Of a stretch of DNA of 35,742 nt, positions 28,920 to 35,742 are shown one piece after another. The stretch is taken from the NCBI GenBank assembly GCA_030167865.1, contig JALAGF010003077.1, positions 1-35,742 of the forward strand. The letters run 5' to 3'. This DNA comes from Craspedostauros australis (Eukaryota). Within the stretch, counting starts at the first letter, position 1; every line of letters begins with the position of its first letter. A program made the position numbers and the translations under genes. The notes beneath the pieces are model-generated. The model was not told the origin of the DNA and searched no databases. It saw only the letters and a program-made list of their open reading frames with translations.

Positions 28920-31871
28920 TCACGCCACCGGCGCAGCGGGCGGGTGGATGCGGCTGATGCCGTAGAAGTTGTAACCAGCAATAATCAAGGTTTCGCCCAC
29001 CGTCCTCCTCGAAGGATTGCTGACGAACAACGATTCGTAGATCCTAGACGCCTCGGAGTAGCAGCCCATCATCTCTTTGACATGACCCTGCTGGAGGTGG
29101 CAGTTGCCCAACAAGTTCAAGATCTTCGCAATCGTGGCGTCGTTGGGCTTCGGGCGCCTGCGTTCCGTTCGCAGAGCATCCGAGTAGTAGCGCAAGGCCT
29201 GCTCGAGGCATCCCAGCTGCTGATGGACCTGTCCCAAGTGCTGCATCGTCAGGACGACGTCCGGGTGGTCTTCACCCAACGAGGCCTGTTCCACGCGCAG
29301 CGTCTCCTTGTAGGCCTCGATCGCCAAATCGTCTTGCCCCGTCTCGAAGTAGATGGTGGCTATGTTGTACCACAGTATCGCCACGTCCTTGTGGTTGGGC
29401 CCCAGCAGCGCTTTGCGGATCCTCAGACTCTCCAGGAAGCATGCCTTCGCGAGATCGTGGAACTCCTGCTTGAACAGGACGAGGCCGACCGAATTGAGCG
29501 TGCTGGCGATGTCCGCGTGGTCATCCGTGCCGTAGTGATCGCGTCGGATGCGCAGAGCCTCCTGGTACGAGTCGAACGACGACGGGTAGTCCTTCATGTG
29601 GTACTGGATGAGCCCCATGCTGGACAACGTCCCTGCAGCCGCGATGTTGTTCATGCCGAAGCTAGCGAGCTGCATTGAATACACGGACTGGTAGGCCTTG
29701 AGCGCCGCCTCGTGGTTGCCCCAGTCCTTGTGGATGTGCGCGATGTTCGTGAGCGTGATGATGATGTGCGGGTGATTCGGTTCCAACACTTCGATCTCGA
29801 TGCGATATCCAGCGCAGTAGTACTTCATCGCCGATCGGAAGTCATGGAGCTCGTACGAGAGGTTGCCAAGCCGGTTGAGCAACGACGCCACTTCCGGATG
29901 ATGGTCGCCCAAGGCCCTCTGCGCAGATTCATGGGCCCGTTGGAGGCATGCCAAGGCGTCGGATCGTCGCCCATGCTCCAAGTGCACTTCCGCCATGCGT
30001 TTGTGTACCATGGCAATATCCTCTGAGCATTCGCCCAGCACCTTCGTGGCGATGTCCAGAAACATCCTGTAGTGCTTCATCGCCAAGTCGTACTGCTTGA
30101 GATGATGGTAGCACTGCCCCGTGTTGTACATGGTAGCTGCAGCATCGATGGAGTTGCGGCCAAGCGCTTCGAGGCGCAGCTCCAACGCCTTCTGGTACGT
30201 CGAGAGCGAGAGGTTGAAGTCGCCGGTGGAGAACTGTACCCGGCCCATGTTGTTCAGGACGGTTGCGGCTGATACCGCCCAAGTGGATGCATCTGACGTC
30301 GCATGCTCGTCATCGTGGAAACGATTCTGATGGTACAGCTGGTAGCTCTGTCGCAGCATCTCGAGGATGCAATCGGTCTGGCCAGGGAGGGAGAGATGGA
30401 AGGAGACGCAGGCTGTGCAGTTCAGCGCGATGGCCAAGTGATGGTTGTGCGACATCCTGCAGGATGCTTGTGTCTCACCGCGATTCCCGGTCTTCGACGT
30501 GAATCCTGTCAGCAGGGAGAGGGACTCCTTGTAGCATTCGTACGCAATGCGGTTGCACCCCAGTCGATAATGGCAGTTGGCGATGTTGTGCAAGGCCATG
30601 GCACAGAAGTGCACCAGCTCCTGACGATGTGCAGACAGCCGGTATCTACCGTTCGTTTGTGGCCCATGTGCTTCGCCACAGCGCCCATCGGCGTCACTGT
30701 GCTTGCGATCCGATGCATCGCTCATCTGTGCCCCTTGTGTTGTTTTCGACGCACGATCTGAGAGGATGCTGTCACCGTGAATGTCAGCAAGGGACACAAG
30801 GGCCGTCTGGAATAGCTGCAGCGCGGCAGAAAAGTCACCAGAGCGCGCACAGGTCATCGCTATGTTGTACTGGAGGACGGCAATCATGGGAGTCGGGTGC
30901 TCTTTCCGCTGGTTGATTCGATGCGGTGGAGCTTCTGCTTCTGCTCGTGGCGCTTTGCCGATGAAGTCGAGCGGCAACGCATTCCTGTATTTCCACATGC
31001 CCTCGTCAAAGATGTGTTTTCTGGAAGCCTGGCGTGATTGTGACGACGATGTATCTGTGGGCGGCGCTACTTCGTGTCCCGTCTTTCCTCCTGGCTCATT
31101 TGGGGAGACTGGTACTGTTGGGAACTGCGGCCTGACAAGGTACCCCGCGGCTGACGTTTCGATGAGTGGTGACATCCCGCGAACACACAAGTGTTGCGGT
31201 CCAGTCGACCCATGTTGCTTGCGAGTGGCCTGTTTATGATCCACATGATCGTGGTGGACCGTGAATTGATTTGCGAGATGAGCACCGTCCTGTGTGTTAC
31301 TGGATGGAGCGGGTGGTAGCTCACAACGATCACAGGTGAGGGTGGAGAAATGGATGCCGCCGATGCTCGAGACGATCGTGTTTGGCTTGATAGAGACGCC
31401 AATGTCGGAAGCGACGCCTGAGTCTTTGATCGTAGCGATCGCCATGGCCAAGGCCTGCGAGAAGTACCGCTTCGCCGCGCTCATCTCGTTGTGACGGAAG
31501 TTCGACATTCCCATACTCGCGAGCAGCGACACCAGCGAATGGTTTGGCTGCTGCTGCTGCTGACGATGACGATGATGATGTCTCTGCGTTGGTTGATTGT
31601 CACATGAGCCTTTCACAACGGGACCACAACGTGCATCAGTGCCAGAGGTGTCTATGGATGCAGGTTCATGAAACATCCTTGAACGTTTGGGAGGCCGCTC
31701 ATCTTTCGTTGCCAATGCCCGCCGTCTTGTCGATGAAGTGTTGACGATGGACCCGGTTGGTGGGGTGGGTGTGGAGGTCGAAGACGCCATGGCTGAGATA
31801 GGAGAATGCCGAATTGCGGCTGTCTGCTTGACGGCGATGTTGACAGCCGAAGTGTGGATCGGAGCATTCAT
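28920..31871 (-). CDS. Large tetratricopeptide-repeat protein (kinesin-light-chain/nephrocystin-3-like 42-aa TPRs)
   Basis: About ten ~42-aa repeats (e.g. HPEVASLLNRLGNL, HADIASTLNSVGLV, HKDVAILWYNIATI, HPDVVLTMQHLGQV) after a disordered N-terminus. First ATG at 31871. Single exon. Confidence 0.9.
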   Translation of the reverse strand: MNAPIHTSAVNIAVKQTAAIRHSPISAMASSTSTPTPPTGSIVNTSSTRRRALATKDERPPKRSRMFHEPASIDTSGTDARCGPVVKGSCDNQPTQRHHHRHRQQQQQPNHSLVSLLASMGMSNFRHNEMSAAKRYFSQALAMAIATIKDSGVASDIGVSIKPNTIVSSIGGIHFSTLTCDRCELPPAPSSNTQDGAHLANQFTVHHDHVDHKQATRKQHGSTGPQHLCVRGMSPLIETSAAGYLVRPQFPTVPVSPNEPGGKTGHEVAPPTDTSSSQSRQASRKHIFDEGMWKYRNALPLDFIGKAPRAEAEAPPHRINQRKEHPTPMIAVLQYNIAMTCARSGDFSAALQLFQTALVSLADIHGDSILSDRASKTTQGAQMSDASDRKHSDADGRCGEAHGPQTNGRYRLSAHRQELVHFCAMALHNIANCHYRLGCNRIAYECYKESLSLLTGFTSKTGNRGETQASCRMSHNHHLAIALNCTACVSFHLSLPGQTDCILEMLRQSYQLYHQNRFHDDEHATSDASTWAVSAATVLNNMGRVQFSTGDFNLSLSTYQKALELRLEALGRNSIDAAATMYNTGQCYHHLKQYDLAMKHYRMFLDIATKVLGECSEDIAMVHKRMAEVHLEHGRRSDALACLQRAHESAQRALGDHHPEVASLLNRLGNLSYELHDFRSAMKYYCAGYRIEIEVLEPNHPHIIITLTNIAHIHKDWGNHEAALKAYQSVYSMQLASFGMNNIAAAGTLSSMGLIQYHMKDYPSSFDSYQEALRIRRDHYGTDDHADIASTLNSVGLVLFKQEFHDLAKACFLESLRIRKALLGPNHKDVAILWYNIATIYFETGQDDLAIEAYKETLRVEQASLGEDHPDVVLTMQHLGQVHQQLGCLEQALRYYSDALRTERRRPKPNDATIAKILNLLGNCHLQQGHVKEMMGCYSEASRIYESLFVSNPSRRTVGETLIIAGYNFYGISRIHPPAAPVA

Positions 31872-33854
31872 GGCGTTGGTGTACTCGTATGAGCGTGGAG
31901 GCGAAGGGTGGAGAGTATGTCGTCCGAAGGTGATGGTGATGGTGTTGGTGTTGGTGTTGGTGGTTCGGGGGAGAGCCGATTTGGAAGTCTGCGAGCACAG
32001 TTGCAATTTGTGTGACTTGTTCTGGGCTGCAGACGGATACTCGGAGATGCCTTTGGGTGCGTTTGATTGTTTGTGTTAGGGTTAGGGTATGTTTGTGATT
32101 CTGTCGGCTTGGGCCTTGGTGAAAGTGAGGCTGCTTTGGTTTGTTTGCATCCGCAGCCGCGAACTTGGGTCCCAAAACAAGTGTTGTGGGGTTGCTATTG
32201 ACCGTTCTGAACAATTGTGATGTGATGTGGTGTGATGTGGTGTGACGAGAGGGATGTTCGTGGTTGCTTTTCGCATTTTCTTCCTTGTGAAAATACGTTG
32301 TCCGATCCTCGCAGAAGCCACGAATACAATTGCCGATCAACAACAAATAACCTCATTTTTTGTCGTGGATTCTCTGTTCCAACCCAGTGTCATAAACCAG
32401 TACTGTCTTTTCGGGAGTGGCATAATTGAAGGCGGAGCCTTTGGCGCTATGAGTGTCCGCGATTGCGACGAAGCACAAATCAAGGATGTCTTCGTCACCA
32501 ATTGATACAGAATGTGAGGCGCAAAGGACAACAGCAAGCGACAACCAAACTCCGATCAATCAGCGCCCAAGGATGCGCTTGACCTGTGTGGCGTTGCTCA
32601 GAAATGCAACACAGAACCTTGGCAGCTGACGACTACACCGATGGTGTGAAACATCTGCAGGCTGGTACGAGCTATACAACTTTCGCGCGCTACCATCCAT
32701 ACAGGCTAGTGCACAGTTGTGCACAGATAGCTCGTTGTAGATCGTACCCATACCGCCTCATAGATGCATGGGTGAGACAACAACCGCATCAAGCATCGTC
32801 CATTGCAGCTTCCCGTCAACTGCTCGACATTGGCCAATGGCACCATACGCAGTGGCTATCGCAAGTTGCCCTGCACTTCAACGAGCACAATCGACCTATT
32901 GCATTAGTATTCTGGCTCGCACTGACATATTATTCTCCGTCGCAGTGGAGTAAGAGCACTGCGCTCTTTGTCTTTTACCTTCGATTGGTTCCCATCTCAT
33001 AACTTTGCACCAGGCGCCATCTGTTCCCACCCGCGTGGCACGACCCATGTGCTCTCCAGTGGGCTGTGGCTGTGGCCGTAGCTATGGCTATGGCTATTTC
33101 TATTTGTGGTCGAGTGGAGACTGTTGAATCCATTTGGCAAGGAGGCATGTCATCTGCATTCGAACGAAAACACTGGGAGCATTCGTCTCATGATTGCTTT
33201 GCTCTTGCGCCGATGCTCGTATCGGTACGAATACCTTCCGCGTCGACGCTTCAGCCCGAAGCAGGAGGCTGCGACCCTCGTGAGAATTCTCCTCGTGGCC
33301 CTTCCCGAAGTTTTCTTGTTTGTGCCAGACGCCGCACCCATTCCGCATCGGTGAGCCTGCGAATGTTTGTACTCGTACGACTACTCGCAGGCGCAAATGA
33401 TCGAGAACAACACGAGGACGAGGAGGAACCAGATACACTGAAGAATACGAACTCTGAGCACGGCATGGGTCAAACGAGATACAGAAAGAACATGACCATT
33501 CCTACACCACCAACCGAAGTGATTGCACACCGCAGATGTTTTCGCGAAGAGATGGAAACGAAGACCGAAATGAAAACAGGGAAGCTGATGCTGTTCGGTC
33601 GCTGCAATAGCTCGCGCAACACGGCGGCGGAGGATGGTCGGAGAGTGTAGCCTCGTCGCCCATCATGACCCCCTGGTGCTCTCATCGAGTACGTCCTATT
33701 CGTAGAGCGATTGTAGCTCGTATGGCAGAATCTGCTCGAGCACTCGTATTCGAAGGGTGCTCGTGGAAGAGTGCTGTCCCGCTATTGCGAGCTACATATC
33801 CTCTTGCCCGCATCAAATCTGCCCGGTTTCAATGGCACTGTATCGTAACAGCAT

Positions 33855-33890
33855 TACGAATACGAATACGAATACGAATACGAATACGAA
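33855..33890 (+). repeat. (TACGAA)6 microsatellite
   Basis: Read directly from the sequence. Confidence 0.9.
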
Positions 33891-35742
33891 TGTTCATGCG
33901 AATGCGAGCGAAGGACGCTGTGGCGAACTTCCGGCACACACCTGTCCACCCATGCACACATGTCCCATCAAGCGCTTCCTATGCTCACGGCAAAGATTAA
34001 ATGCTGTTTGAATGAGATTGTTGGTCAGGTCGTCAACCAGTAATTCTGGCGAGGTCCTTGTGTCAAAGTGTCCGCCATCGTGATGGCGGTTCCTTTGGGC
34101 GAAGAATGGCGCAACGTGGCTGTCGAGAGGTACCATCGCAGGGTGAGAGGAGGAGTAGCAACAGGAACACGATGTCAGAGTCGCAATACTGACAATGGAG
34201 AGGAGCAACGCAAGAACAATAGCTCGTGCTCTCCAATGTGCCACACACAGCTCGTGGAGAGTGCAACAAGTAACCTTCCACCAAGACGTATGATGCGGAT
34301 AGGCAGAAATAGATCTACGACCATCTCATTCGCACGAAGGTCGTTTTCTGATCCTGTGTCTCCCATGTGGGTGAGGACGATTTGTGAGTTGTTGGAGTCC
34401 ATGCACAACCAAAGTGCGTCGACAGCGACATGGGATCTTCCGCGCGTTTCTCGCATGTGAGTGTTGGAGTTTTCGCCATCTCTCTTGTGGCGACGTGGTT
34501 TTGCAGTTGACGCGAGCACCTTGGGTGACTCAGCGCCACCATGTTCATACATTATTTATCCGAGAGGCGCATGATGAGACCGCTACTAAGAGGCATTTTC
34601 ATGGCGTCATGTTGATAATGCCGACTCCACTTAAGCCACAATCCGTATTAGTGCGAAATCAGATGGCGAACCGAAGGGCGCTTGAATCATCTCATAGTTT
34701 GTGCAGTAGTCGTACAGTACCCGTACGTCCGAGGACGTAGCCGCGAAATGACCACTGAGCGTCGCTTTGATCCACGCTTTCGGCGGTCCACTCTCTTCTC
34801 GCGAACAACGACGACAAACAGCGCAACAATCACAATCGCAATCTCGATCACAACAATCGAGTCCATGGAACCGCAACAACGGCACTTGACATCGTCAGCA
34901 CAACCTCATGAGATGGTTGGAGAATGTAGTCGACGAGTGCATCCTGTTGGTGAAGGCGTGGATGATGCTCTGGTGAACCCCAAGGCTGCAAGTAGGCAAT
35001 GCATTGGCAGTCGTACTACTACATACGAGTCGACTCCTCTCGAGAGATGTCGCAAGTGGAGCAGGCATGGCGCGAGTAGTCCTCCCGCAGTTGCACCATG
35101 CACAGCGAAGTGTGCTGCGGTCGGCGCTTCTCCGAACCAAGCATATTGCATCACCTAGATACCATTCGTGCGAGTCTTTGTTCATGAGAGGTGGTACGTC
35201 GCAGCAACGTGTTGACTCATGGTCGCTTTGACTGCATTGCTCTGCATGTGCTTCTGCCTTCGTGGTGCGACAACATCATCGTCGATCTTCCGCGGTCGCA
35301 ATCCTCTCAACAACAGATGAGACCACGAGTAGTAGCATCCGTGGCTCATTGAGCTCGTATTATACTATTGTGTGCAGAGTGCTCCACTCCACAACTTTCA
35401 ACATCTCAGATTGCAACAACTCAGGTTAGATGAGACAAATGAAAGCAATCAACGCCCTCCAGCAAGCTATTATATTGTGTGTTGGACGTGTTATCGTTCA
35501 GGTTACTCTAAACGTATCACTGGAGGGGAGTATGCTCTCGAGAGACCTCTGCGTCAAGTTACAGCCGTGCATGGTGGAATGATGCAGGTCAAACTTCCGC
35601 CTCCGTCTCGTTCTCTCTGTCTAGCATGTCTCAGCCACCACCTCGCTCTCCAACTCTGCGAGCATGCTGTTGGTGACCTTGATGTTCAATGCGCACGCAA
35701 TGAGAATGTCTGGATTGAGAAGCGTAGCATCCGGGAAAGTGT

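Noticed and set aside
28755-29678. 307-aa plus-strand ORF
   Set aside because: It is an antisense shadow of the TPR gene.
1-35742. Prokaryotic operon, defence system, or tRNA/rRNA genes
   Set aside because: Spliceosomal introns and targeting peptides show the bacterial-type genes are nuclear-encoded organellar proteins. No tRNA or rRNA was recognised by eye, and no covariance search was run.

Overview
This is eukaryotic nuclear DNA, almost certainly from a diatom. It has GT-AG introns of about 260-350 bp, an exact ASA-FAP bipartite plastid-targeting motif, and protein motifs I recall from diatom families. Nine host genes can be reconstructed: an EngB/YihA GTPase (3 exons); a Q/H/P-rich protein with a compact, uncharacterised C-terminal domain that may bind DNA (2 exons); a YqgE/AlgH (DUF179) protein; a RING E3 ligase; a plastid Mini-RNase III (3 exons); a pyridoxal-reductase-like aldo-keto reductase (2 exons); a Ste24 CAAX protease (2 exons); a plastid FtsH (2 exons); and a large TPR protein. 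Between the divergent STE24 and ftsH genes lies a complete 4,755-bp Tc1/mariner-superfamily DNA transposon (20347-25101). It has ~53-bp imperfect terminal inverted repeats (TIRs), TA flanks on both sides and an uninterrupted, unusually long D-162-D-38-D transposase. It also carries a possible decayed divergent second gene, structured subterminal DNA and signs of CpG-methylation decay. The most interesting items are this transposon and the orphan C-terminal domain. No database searches were run, so family calls rest on motif recognition.
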